The notes under the pieces were generated by a model, which worked only from the letters and a program-made list of their open reading frames with translations, did no database searches and was not told the origin of the DNA. Shown one piece after another: positions 25,471-37,499 of a DNA stretch of 64,000 bases. The translations under genes were made by a program, and so were the position numbers. Source of the stretch: Raillietiella orientalis (lineage: Eukaryota); assembly GCA_036172245.1 (NCBI GenBank), contig JAYWIR010000078.1, positions 186,001-250,000 of the forward strand, written 5' to 3'. Position 1 is the first letter of the stretch, and every line of letters starts with the position of its first letter.

Positions 25471-28400
25471 GGTTCTGAAGCAGCATGAATTTCATCGAGG
25501 ATTTCGAAATTCTCGAAAAACCCATGAGGGCAAAATCGAGCAACGAAAGTTGGGCTGCTACTACATGGAATAATACAAAATGGATGAAGTTGATGCCCTC
25601 TTTTTCTACTCTCTCTCTTCAAATGACAATCTGTCTGGCATCACAAAAAATTTGTATTTCAAAAGAAAAACAATTATACTACATTTGGCAGTGCCCATCA
25701 ACCCAACATGTCATGTGTTTATAGGTCAAACCAAGTCATTAAAATAGAATTACGAATACGAAGAAAATTTCAGGCCCTGGGGGACAACCCTTAGTATGGA
25801 TATCAAACGTCTCTTGGCACGAATTTGAAGTATTCTGGTCGTTTTCTGAGTCACATTTGACCAACAGCGCAAAGTCACGTTACCAAGACCACACAGTCAT
25901 CATGATACAGGGAAGGGTCCTCGCATCTTGGTTCGTACTTCAACAACCCTGAAGAAAAAGCTCTACCTCAGAGGACGCATTTTGCCAGGGAAGCATCTCA
26001 GCAGAGAGCTTTTTCAGGAAAGGTGAGGATAACAGGCTGCGACACGCTCAGGTCTCTTGCAGACTCCTCTAATATCACGTTGATCGGAGTAATCCGCGTA
26101 GCAAAAACGCTTGAGGATGACAGTTTTTTTTTTTGCAAGAACAAAGAATAGCTGCAATGCATGGCAAGTCGTTGCAGCAGTCGATAAATCGGCGTACGTT
26201 GAATTATTTGGAAATACTATGAGTAAGTGGAGCATCCATAAGACCTTTCTCACTTATGGCTCCGAGCCAAGAAATGGTCCTCTCCAATCCAAGTTTACGG
26301 ACACGTGAACATGTCGTTGAAAAAAAGTGAAAGGAAAGAAATGAAGAGCAGCTTGAAAGAAAAGAGGAACGGTGCTGCTGGAACGGGAAATCGGTCAAGA
26401 AGGTTTTCATGAAATTTTAACTCAATTTTCAGATGTTCAACGCATACCGAGTAACCCGAATGCAACACACATTGCAAATGATATTGAGGGATTGATTGCA
26501 TGAAAAAAAATTCATTTCTTCTGCTCCCTTGCCAGCAATCTCGACGACATGCAAAGTTGAAAAGGAAAACAGCAACAGCAACAGAAAACACGAGTTCTTA
26601 GTAAACTGAAGCATTGTGCAAACACTTCTCCGTTTTCTAAATACGAATCTTTATTACCTCCCAACGAAAGTTTTCCCAAGCTCTACCATTTCGTGAGACT
26701 TTCTTATGGGCTTGTGTTTCCGTGCACGCACAATCTCACTGCAAGAACTCCCCGTTGTTGTTGCCATGACCGGTAGCCATGGATCGTTTCTCAAAAGTTT
26801 TGACACCTGCCCACCAATCACTACATTGAGCAGAATTCGAACCATGGAGCACTTGTAGAAAAGGGAATTCCCGCTAGGAAATTCTTTGCTCGCAAGAATG
26901 CTCTACCAAAATCTACTTTCAATTTCATCTAGGAGAGCAGTGGATTCTTCCAACAGAATATGCAAATGTAAGAAAATGCAAAACATATGTATAACGGTTA
27001 TATCAACCCACAACTCGAAGATCAGAAAAGCATAGCACCCCTATCCAGTATCGTCCTTTTACATAGGCATAGTGTTCATGTGTACCCCTGAGGGCACTTA
27101 AAGTGCTTCGAATTACTTCTTCATGAAGAAAACACGAAACTCAATGGAAGGAAGGAAACATAAAACTTAATGAATCGAATAAAGGGTTGCCAAATTGCGA
27201 ATTCGTGCCTTCTTACCATACTTAAATACTTATAACGGTTTGTTTACAAGTGAAGTAACGGAAGGGTTGTTGCACAAACGATAACTTCGGTCCTTGTTTA
27301 TGGAGAACGAGTTGTCACCTACGGATTCTTTCTCATTCTGCTCAGCGATCTTAAAACAGGATATGAGATGGAGGATCTGAATTATGTGCACTTGTCTATT
27401 ATTCAAAACAGGCACTTTTTGGGTTGGACGATTCTACTTTGTAAGCTTTCAAATGAATGACGACACCTTCCTCATTAGATAGAGGAGATTTTGCCATTTT
27501 GGGTGGATTCTCCTCTGAAAGCACGTGAGGACAATCACTTCATCTCTCTTTCAAAACCTATGACACATTTGCTTCCTAGTAATTCACGTACACAACCACT
27601 TTTCGTTTATGATAGAGAATGGCATCTTTATTTATTCAACTCATTTTCGGCTTTCTCCATCTCAAATTATGGGTAGATCCCCCATCCTCAGCGTGCACAG
27701 GGAGTCAGCAGTGATCTCGGACTGAAAATTTCCTCCCATATTGGACGTCGCTTCTCGTCATCACAACTTTTCGCATCGTATTTGCTGTAGGTTGGTACAG
27801 AAGGCAATCAAGAATAATGGTGCTTTCGGGTGCACCGACACATTTCTACATCCCCAAGGGTTACGGAAGGATCGTTTGCATTTGTTCATATTCCGAAAAT
27901 TCAAACCAAAGTCAGATTCATTCTAAGACTTGAGCAGGAGAGAAGGGACTCACTCTTGAGCATTTATCGATGAATTCCACTGCGCGGAAGGTCTCATTAA
28001 ATACTCCTTTTCCTCCAGTACAGGTAAGTTCAACAGGAATTGGGTCCGAATTCTTTTCTCGTTACACTTTTTGGAACAAATTAGCAATCCGTCCTTAGAA
28101 AAAGCTCAGTTGAGGACAACAGCATTTCATATTTAAAGCATCTTTTTTTTTTTTTTTGTATGCCTCGAAAGACTGGATCAAGATACAGGTGATACTCTCA
28201 AGAAACCTGGAATATGGGTGCTAAAGAAACAGTGCATGCAGTGCCGTTTCCGTATGCGATGGGAGAGGTGCTCTGCTATTTCCTGGGTGGATCTCTGTTC
28301 ACTTCCGGTCGAAAAGACTTCAAATAGGCGGTCTTCGTTCTTTCAGCAATGCTCCGTTCATTAACGCTCTGCTTATCAGCATCCCCGTCACTCTAAAACC

Positions 28401-28622
28401 TGAGTCCTGCCTCTCCAGTGCCAATTCTCGACTTACCTTTGGGAAGCAATGATTCCCTCACCGTGACTCATGGGTTGCAGATCAGAGGCCTTTTTGCTCT
28501 TTTTCGATCTGTAGCGGATGGGACTTTTTGAGCGCTACATCAGATTTTTCGGTAATACATTTGGTGCTTGTTTTCTTCGTGGCTTCCTGGGAGGATTCGG
28601 ATTTGTTTCACGAAGATTTGGA

Positions 28623-28825
28623 TCACTCAGAGCCCATCCCACGAACTTCGTCTAGTGTATGGGGATAAATTTCATCGTGCTGCCTCTTTGAAAAGCATGT
28701 GCGAGGTGCGCGGTGCACATCCACATGCGTGGCATAATCATTGGGAGACGCGAGTGGAACGGTCGAAAGAACTGACGGTTTTCCAAAGGCGGCCTCGAAT
28801 TTCGACATCACGGGTTTCCGAAGAT
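28623..28825 (-). CDS. Candidate terminal exon of an unidentified gene
   Basis: Acceptor tatttgtcgcag|, phase 1, (D)LRKPVMSKFEAAFGKPSVLSTVPLASPNDYATHVDVHRAP...GSE* ending in TGA. No recognised domain. Confidence 0.25.
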
Positions 28826-29306
28826 CTGCGACAAATATTTTTGTCAAAGAAGTGGTCCGTGGCAATCCACTGTTCGAAAGTGAAAGAGATGTTGAAGAAT
28901 ATACGAAATACCCTGTTTTTGTCTAGTCATTTTCCTTCCATTTGGCCAAGTAGTTTATCCACCAGTTGTCATCTGAAAACAAAGATGCTCTGCTCTGGTT
29001 CAGGGCTCTGCTGCGTGATCGTCGAGATTACAGACTTTTAGATCGTTCACGGAGCGTGGGTTTCGCATTTTGGGCGGCAGTGGAGAAAAAGATGACCGTT
29101 TCTTCTTTCATGTCTTGTTGTCGTCTCTATAAGCACGCGAACGATTCCTTCGCGGCCGAGCATCTCTCCTGAGAATGCCTCCTCGTGGCAGTTTGGATGC
29201 CGCTTTGTTCCCATTTAATTTTTCATACTGCTTGCCGAAGATACTCCTAATCTTCTCATGGTGTTCTTTCCCCCCTGTCCTTGTGGAAACTCCCGTCTAC
29301 CTCTAC

Positions 29307-29417
29307 CTTTTCCATTTGCTTTTGTTATTCGTCCTGCTCTGTCTTCGGTTTCGCGTTCTTCGAGTTTGCATCTTGGATCCACGTCCGAGTTCTCGCAAGC
29401 GCACTTTACCCTCTCTT
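29307..29417 (-). CDS. Candidate internal exon (111 nt, phase 1-1) of the same unidentified gene
   Basis: Pyrimidine tract, then gaattcag|...AAG|gtagag. Encodes (E)ERVKCACENSDVDPRCKLEERETEDRAGRITKANGK. Confidence 0.25.
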
Positions 29418-30803
29418 CTGAATTCAGCTCCTCCCCAAAAAAACAGGAAAAAGAAGAAGAAAAAAAAAGTGACAAGAAGAGCACTGTAATTTTTCTGCTA
29501 TTGAACAAAAAAGCACTTAAACATCGGGGTATAACCAGGAAGTGGTTATACCCGCGAGACCTTGGAAACGCCTTCGTAATCGAAATGCCCAGCCTTGACT
29601 TCAGTCCAGTTCTCCTGGCTTCAAGACAAAAAGTGTTCCCGGTTTTTAAAATCAATGCCATTTTGCCAGGAAACGAGATCGAAAAAAAAACGCAGAAAAA
29701 ACACACACACAAAAAAGGGGGAAATAAAGTTCGGCTCGTGACTTGGGCCTCTTTCCTGCCATCCCACCGTTTCCCGCCATCACGCATTTTTCATGACTGT
29801 CGCTGCTGATGGAGGGATCATGTATTCGCAAAAGAATGCCACCGATTTCCATGCAAACGAACAGGCATTTCATCACATCTTCCTGTATGTGTAGCGTGAG
29901 AGAATCCTTCTCCTGTGATATCGTCGATTTGTTGCTGCTGCTGGGGTTGTCTGGAGGTATCATGGCTCAGCGTTCTACAACTTGAAGGAACTTCAACTTC
30001 GCGTGATCTCCATGCTGCCTTAATCGCTGAGCAGCCGCCTCTCAAAGTGTGGAAGGGTGTAAGGGAAAAAGAGCGTCAGAGTTCGGTGTGCTTTCCGATC
30101 TGAAAGGCTCTCCCCAGTCCAGCATGCAGCGTCCATTTGACTATTCACAGGAGAACGGGGAAATCAACTCCCCCTTTTCCTTCCCTCTCCTATTCCTGGT
30201 CATCCCATCCTTTCCCGTTTGAGTTTGGCTCGGATCACGTTTCCGCATGCACAGGAGTGCGTTCGAGTGCGGTGAACGCAATTCGTCACTTCCTCTCATC
30301 CTTCCAGTGCTGCGCAGCGGCACTCGGATGTCTGAGAAGATGAAGAGGCTCCGTTGGACTTCAGATCTTCCTGTTCCTGATAGAGAGATTCCCTATCGAT
30401 CCTTTCGCCTCGGTATCGACGATCCCCAGAAACGAATGCTTTCCGTTTCGAAACATCCCTCAAGGTTACTCCGATCAGGACATGCGGTGGTAGCTCTGTC
30501 CTGGAAGATAAGCAAATCCAGCACGTTCAGGATATACGCGTTCTCCAGGAATGGTTTTCCACCCAGCTTATGAGTGACTGCTTATCAGACGTACCTGGCA
30601 ACAGTTTCTTCTCTACGGAGTATCGTGGAAAAGATCTGCTGGAATAGCCCTTCGAGGAAGCCTGAAAAATAGATTCGTCGCTCTGTATTCCTCAGCATGT
30701 ACCCGGGAAACCCAGATGCGAATTTCCCCGAGATGTCTTTTTCTGAATGGGGTCACTAAAACGTTTCAATCAACAAAAGTTCCTGCCTCTTTATCCACAG
30801 CAA

Positions 30804-30830
30804 ACACACACACGCACACACACACACACA
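30804..30830. repeat. (CA)n microsatellite
   Basis: Near-perfect CA run. Confidence 0.9.
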
Positions 30831-32187
30831 CAACAGCAAAGAACAAAAACAAAAACAGAAAGAGAAAACTACACCACGTACGATCTTGTTTTGAACGTCT
30901 TTCTCCATAGGAAGTGTCCGCTCTCTTGCGGGTTTCCGAAACCTCAGCGACCAATTTGCTGCAGCAGTCACATGTTGTTGGCGATCCAGCTCGTCAACCT
31001 CTTTGAACCGAGGCCCTTTTAAAGAAGGACACTAAAGCAAACAAACAAACTTATCTCTGCAAGACATACATCTGAAGGAGACACTCATGGGGGAGGAGGT
31101 GACGCAGATTGCGGAGATCCGAATCCGCGGCGTTAAAGTGAAGCTCACTAAGCAAACAGATGAATTTTCCTTTGGAGCCCACCTGCGTATCCATCTCGGT
31201 TAGTAAGAAACCGAGTAGCTATTACCAGAACCGTGTACAATTTTTAGGTTGAAATGAATTACTACTTACTCTATGAGAGTGATCGGGAAATAATGGATAC
31301 GAGCAATGTACTTAAGATAATAGCCCAAACTGCACGGAATGCTGATTTACGTGCACGTTATTTCCGGCAACCTGCTCTGACGCACATTCGCTGCTTACAT
31401 CTCACATGCCCGCGGGATTTCTTCCGGCATGGGCACTTCGAATGAAGGCAGCGTCAACTGGAAACCACGAAGATTTTTGGTCACCGAGAAGAGGAAGAGA
31501 GAATGTCAAGTTTCGGGTAACTCTACAGCTCTGCATCATCGATTTCCATTGCAGGTAACCGCAAGCAGCCTACGCGCCAGTTCCACTGTACTCTTCTCTC
31601 TGCATTGCGCCTTCTCGGATGTTGCCATTGCCATTGGTGCTTTTGGTCAATCAGTGTGCTTCATAAGTCCTTCCTTGGGAAATGGTTGCTGCTAGTTGTA
31701 ATTTTTCAAGAAATCTGTGGGCAAGCTCCTTCAGATGTTTGCTTCTCAAAATCCTTTAATAAGAAACAGATTCTGGTTTCCTTCGTAATGATGATCCCCT
31801 CATTTCACACTTGAACCGTCTCCGTCCAAGAGACAGACCTTACCAAAATCATATTTCCAGATTCGGCAACAGTTGTTGTTGATGGCCCAAATGCTTTCAT
31901 AAATCGCGATGTGTTTCCACATTTACTGTTTTAGCAAAATGCCTTGGTAATCTAAAAATTTCACAAAGCTCGCAGCATCCGGAGCAACCTGACTGCGGTC
32001 ATTAAGAACGATCATTGTCCCTGAGGTTTCAGCATTCCTAGGGAAATGCTTAACCTCTTTCAGGGAGCTTTTTCTCGAAAATTGAACTTCCTGCCTTGGA
32101 ATGAAAGTTTCTATTCAAAGCAAAGCATCAGACGAAAATCCTCCGTTCTGTTTGCATCAATACGGGATCCACTAACGTTCTTCTCAC

Positions 32188-32275
32188 CGTGATGATCGTA
32201 TTCTATCGATGAGCCCGATGAAGTATGATTTCTTCTCATCGTAGCATTTTCAATCTCCTCCATCCGATTCATCAT
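32188..32275 (-). CDS. Candidate first coding exon of the same unidentified gene
   Basis: accATGATG... encodes MMNRMEEIENATMRRNHTSSGSSIEYDHH, ending at G|gtgaga (phase 1). Confidence 0.2.
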
Positions 32276-35019
32276 GGTCTATTCATCCATTTCCCGCGTT
32301 GCATCCACAATCAACTTATCCTCTATCGTATGGTTATCGAACCGAATTATCTACTCCTCTAATACATTCAGATGCGTACCACTCTTTCGAAAGAGAGAGA
32401 GAGAGAGAAAATATGCCCATTCGCTAACTCGTACTTTATGCTTTAACTCTTTCTCACCCTTAGAATCTGCTGCTGCTTCTACTTTGTTTCCCTCCGAAAC
32501 CCATTCTGGCTTCACGCATTTTGGCCATACGAAAGGTCATTTCCTGAATTTTTCTTGAGATTACCCTTCTCTCACGGAAATCCGAACAAATGCGTTGAAA
32601 ATAACGCAATTATGCAATTTATTGGGATAGTGCAGAGGAGTGTTGCATGGGACTAATCAAATGGGGAGAAGGAAACTTATCATGATTCCAAAATAAGGAA
32701 AACTGATCATCATCATCATCATTATTTTCTCTTCGGCTTCATTCTTTCACAGAATTTTCCGGAAAGGACTATTTTTACGTTGACTACACTCGAGCGACGG
32801 AAATGTTTTCCCTTTCTGCAATTATCTTCAGCCACGAGTGCTTTCAGCTTGTGAAAGATCTTTCCTGTTCGTATTAAGAAAGATACTAGAAATACTTTGC
32901 TGCTACTGTGCTGCTTCCATCTTTCTGTTTCGAAATCGAAAGAACCACTACTTTCGAAAGTGTCCACCTCACCTACGATACCGAATGTTCCAGCTCAGCG
33001 AGTAGGTACACGCCGTCTGCAAACACGAGGTTAGTTAAAAAGTGCTTAATAAAATCAAGAAGCGTTGCTAACAGAAATTCAATTACGTTGCTATGCATCG
33101 CAGCTATCGGAAAAGCATTTTCCTCGGGCCGAATATATCTTGGAGCTAGAACGAATCCATTTGGAGAAGACAAATTATGAATTCCAAGGTATTTCAGAGG
33201 AACGCAAATGTGCCGTAAGGATGCTGGAACATCTCCCCGAAGCATAAACGTGACACCTTGGTGTCTACTGGCACCATGGGATTCCCTTATTAACGAGCCA
33301 TCATTCTGGAACATTCTGAAATGTTTCTCGGGACATTCAATACGCTTCGGAAGCGACCTGTGACTACGCAGCATTACGGAGGATGATCCTAGCTTGCAAT
33401 GCCCTCTCTACAGACCAATGCTAGCCGAATGATGCAAGAGTAATGCAGATGTTCCTGGTGCACATACTCGAGTCAGAGGTCAGCACGGACCTCAGGACAG
33501 AGAGAGAACTGGCAGATTGCACGCGGCTAAGTGAAATCCCATCTTAGTCCAGATTCATGCGAAGATGAGAGACACGTTGAACAACCACTGAGACTTGTCG
33601 CGGTGGGAGCGCCCTATCTCTTGCGGAAGTCCCTCCGCTATGTCTTCGCCTTCTTCCGACAGCTTACATCCACACGTTTCCATCCAGAAATCTGTCTTCC
33701 CACGATCACGATTAGGTGTTTACAAACACCACATGAATCCTGAAACAAGATGAATTGGTGCGTATTCATTGCCTAGAGCAAAAATGAAAAAAAAAAAAAA
33801 AAGTACTTCGAGGAATGCAAAGCATCTTTTTTTTTTTTTTTGCTAATTAGAACTCACAGTGCCGTGTTGTGTGAAACCCCAATATTTACCGACTGCTATT
33901 TGCCCGTGACGTAGACCTTGTCACGTGATCGATCAAATTTCTGTTGAATTCGTTTCCATTGAATTAAAGCACGTTAACTGCCGAGACGTTTATAATGACC
34001 CTTCCTGAAACTCGAAGTTTTGGCCACTAATAATTAATCAAGGCACCACTCAAGTATCCTGGATGCTGCAAGCGGACTCCACTCCCCCATTCCTCCGAAG
34101 CGTGGACCGCGGATTTCATGGAACCAGTGCGACCAGCATTTGAACACGAACCCGAATATCTTTCAGAGCAGGATTAGCGAAACGTAGGGGCACCCCGGAA
34201 CGAAAAGGACACTTCGCAACGAAACTGAAGGTTCCATTAAAATGCAAAGTGCCCGGCGAGCCTCTGGAGGCGAGAGAATCTGCAGGTGATTCACGTCAGA
34301 TATTTTAGCTGAATGAGCGAGAAAGAAATCAAAATGAACAGAGAAATTCAATTTAACGCGGTGAGAGCGGCTGTTTATCGAGACGACTTTCGCTCTTCAG
34401 CTGGGTCCACTGTGACCCTCGCTTCTAAGTGCCTACGCATAAGTAGCTCGCGGAAGTGCCCGCTCGCGAACAAGAGATTTATAAGAGCTCAAAGTGCGGA
34501 AAATAAATCCAAAAGATTGACATGAAGAAAGGAAGATACCCGTCTCTTGGAAAGCCTTCAGAAACTCCAAAAAACGGACTCTGCTTGTGCACGAAACATC
34601 AAGTGTTGGATGGCAGTTTTCGAAATGAGAAAGAACGATGCAACACGAGAACGTTATTATCGCTATACCTAAAAGTAAAGACGCAAAAAAAAAGAACGAG
34701 AAGGAGCCCAGCAGATGATGCTGCTGCGAATTTCACTTCTTGGAGTGTGTTCTAAGCTGCTCTGAGCATTTCGGGTGCATTTCTGATCGAAGCAGATGGA
34801 GTGTTTTGGACTGCGACAACAAACTCATCCACTGCGTCGATCCGGACCAGGAGGCAGAGAACGTTCCGCGTTTTGTTAATATCGATCCGCAGAGCACCGG
34901 ATAAGTCTTGCAGAGGGATGCTTCCTAGGACCTGCGATCGCCGGTCTCCTTACAGCTCCTGCGAGTTCCATCAGCAAGGACTCTCCTGCAGCGTTCGCTT
35001 TTGCGTAGGGGGGTGCGCG

Positions 35020-35390
35020 CGAAACGGCAACTGGATCATTCGATGGCATTTTGGACTCTTTCAGCCTCGCTCGTGCATCCGGGCTCCCTCCTTTCAGGTC
35101 CACCATCTTCCAAAAAGACGTCGTTGCTGGCATCCCCAAAGAATTTTCATGGCCAAAGCTCCGTTTCTTCATTCGGATCTCAGCAGATAGCCGTGGTGGT
35201 GAAGCCGGGACGAGGACAGTTTCCGTAGCAGCGGTCCTCCGCAACGAGAACCCAGACAGTGTTTGTCCCGTAGAACGACCTGCGCTTCTACGGCAGATCA
35301 ATTCGTGGACAAGCGTTGACACGCAAAAACGGCGGTTCCCAGGATACTAAAACTGCCATCCTCCGTTTCATGTTCGGCGCCATGATGGAG
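35020..35390 (+). mobile_element. Possible DIRS-type tyrosine recombinase relic
   Basis: SLARASGL (R.SeL-like), TIFQKDVVAGIPKEFSWPK and NPDSVCPVER (lCPVra-like), in the order seen in DIRS YR domains. Ends next to SINE copy C. Confidence 0.35.
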
Positions 35391-35425
35391 AAGAAAGGAA
35401 GAGAGGTAGACCGTAGCCACACGTC

Positions 35426-36395
35426 CGCGTGGCTGCCGTGTGGCTACTCTCCGAGCGTGGCACCAAACGCTGCGGGTTCGAACCCCACCCGGAGAAGGAT
35501 CGACGCCGGGTAATGAGTGCATCGTGGGTTTCGAGTTTTCCTCGCAAGATGAGGCTGGTTGGCCTATTCGGGTACGCCACTGATTGACAGTCGGCCATGC
35601 CGGGACGTTTATTTATAAAAAAATAAACACATGCATGTGGTAGGACGTTTGATCCTGCCACTTTACTTGTAACTACGAGGAGGAACCTGCCGGGAACTTC
35701 CAAGCAGGCCAGTGGGGTTCGCCTCGGCAGCACAGCGAAGAGGAGACAAACAAAAAGAAAAAACAAAAAACATACAGTAAAAATAATGGGGGGGTGGGAT
35801 CCCTGCGTGCTGGGATCCCGTAATGGTGTCCTCTGCATACTGGTAAGGATGCCGGCAAGTTCCTGTTTCAAGATTCCCAGATAAAGCCATCTTGACGCTG
35901 TCCTCTTGAAGAGGACAGCAAAATAGATGATGTCTCTGTCGTCCTGGCCTCCTCTGACATTGCTGCTCCATGCAGCCACGATCCCTCCGCGTGGGCAGCA
36001 AAGTGCTGCTAGGGGTGCGGCCGGAGTGAGGGCGTCGCGCAGGAAGAGGTGCTTTAAAAAACGTGTCAGAGGTTGCAGCCGGAGATTCCAAGGGTAGCGG
36101 CAAAGCGTCTCCAAAGAGGCCGGAAGGCAACACAGTCCACTAGGAGGTGCGAGGGGGACTTCCTCTCCCTACACCTTGCACAGTTTGAATCCACACTCCA
36201 AGGAACGGACTCATTCCTCCGGAGTCTTCAAGGATCCACAGAGTGTCCCCTTGAGGAGTACCCTCTATCTTTAAGAGTTCTGTGCACCCTCGGGTGGCGT
36301 AGACAGCGTTAAAGAGCTTCGTGAGCCCCCCTTCCTTTCCAAGGAAGAGGCGAAAGGTTCTTCAGCACTTAGTGGACCAAGAAAAGAAAAGGAGG
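35426..36395 (+). mobile_element. tRNA-headed SINE-like element, copy C (filled with LINE 3' fragment at about 35608-36199)
   Basis: Head cgcgtggctgccgtgtggctac...GGTTCGAACCC (B box 35475-35485). 3' end aaagagcttcgtgagcc...cttagtggaccaagaaaagaaaa matches the ends of copies A, B and D. Confidence 0.75.
35608..36199 (-). mobile_element. 5'-truncated 3' end of an L1/Tx1-like LINE inside SINE copy C
   Basis: Minus strand VDSNCARCRERKSPSHLLVDCVAFRPLWRRFAATLG (CCHC knuckle) and FAVLFKRTASRWLYLG, then UTR and AATAAA. Confidence 0.75.
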
Positions 36396-37499
36396 GAAGA
36401 GAGGCTGAAATCTCCTGACACATGTCGATGATGGTCAAGATGGCCTTGTATCCCTAAGCCTTTCCCCTTCTCCTTGGCGTTCCACTTTCATGCGTGTTCC
36501 TCGTTTCGGACCGCGGCACGGAGAAGCAACAGGAGCGGTAGCTGACGGTCCATTCGCCGCCGGCTCCGCAAGTGAAAGTTGCTTTTCCGCTTGAGGAAAT
36601 CTTGGGCGTCCTCCCTGTCCGTTCCGTCGGGTTGTGGGGGCGACGAGCAGCGAAGAGGAATCCTTCCCGATGGAGCGAGGGTGCCGCACGTGGAGAGGAC
36701 GCTGCCATCGAGATGCGCAGGTGTCTCTTCTTCCGGATCCCACCCCTTCCTCTACCCTCCCAGCCCTGCGGATGTGCAGAGCTCCTTTTGTTTCCCTTTC
36801 GGTCTCTTCCCTGCTCGCTGAGGGTCGGACGAGCATCTCTCAGGTCGGCGGAGGATCCTGGTCGCCTGTTTTGATTCTGCCGCCCAGGCAGCGGGCGCAG
36901 GTGACAAGATGGCTGCGGCGCAAACTCCGAGCGGATCTGCTGGATTCCTCTTCTCTTTAATCTTAGCCGCTCTGCTGTCGAGGGGGGGGGTCTCTCTTGG
37001 ACACTCCGCTGGTGTTGGATCTCGTTCTCCGTGCTCCGTGCATCTCGTTCTCGTCTTCGAGGTGCCGTGCACTTAAATCTTGTTTGAGCTCAGGAGAAAT
37101 CCGCCGTATTCCACGTGGAGGATTCAGCTGCTCTGACATCATCCCATTCACGGCAAACGTGGCACGTGCACCACAGGACTACGCTCGTTTGTACGCGTGC
37201 GCACAGCAAATGTACGTCACGTTCGGTGCACTCACAGACGTTCGGTACGGACGCACAAGCTGTACACGCTATGTACAGCCTGTGCGTCGGTATCGAGCGA
37301 AACGTGAGGTACAGGTTTTTCCCGTTGCCTAGCAGTCGAAGGATGTCTGGAAGGGTTCTCCAGCTGGGTGCGCCCCGCTCTTTTCTGGCACCTCGGTTTC
37401 CTGCAGCCCGTCGTGCCGCCTCCATCTTCGGAGCTGGCAGCCGAAACCTCCGTTGCAGCGCTGCCGCCTGCTTATCTGCGCGTTCCGTTCCGAAGGGCG

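Noticed and set aside
28437..33017. Exon-like segments interrupted by single in-frame TAG codons, suggesting stop-codon recoding
   Set aside because: No homologous protein anchors the frames. A few such cases are expected by chance or from pseudogenisation.
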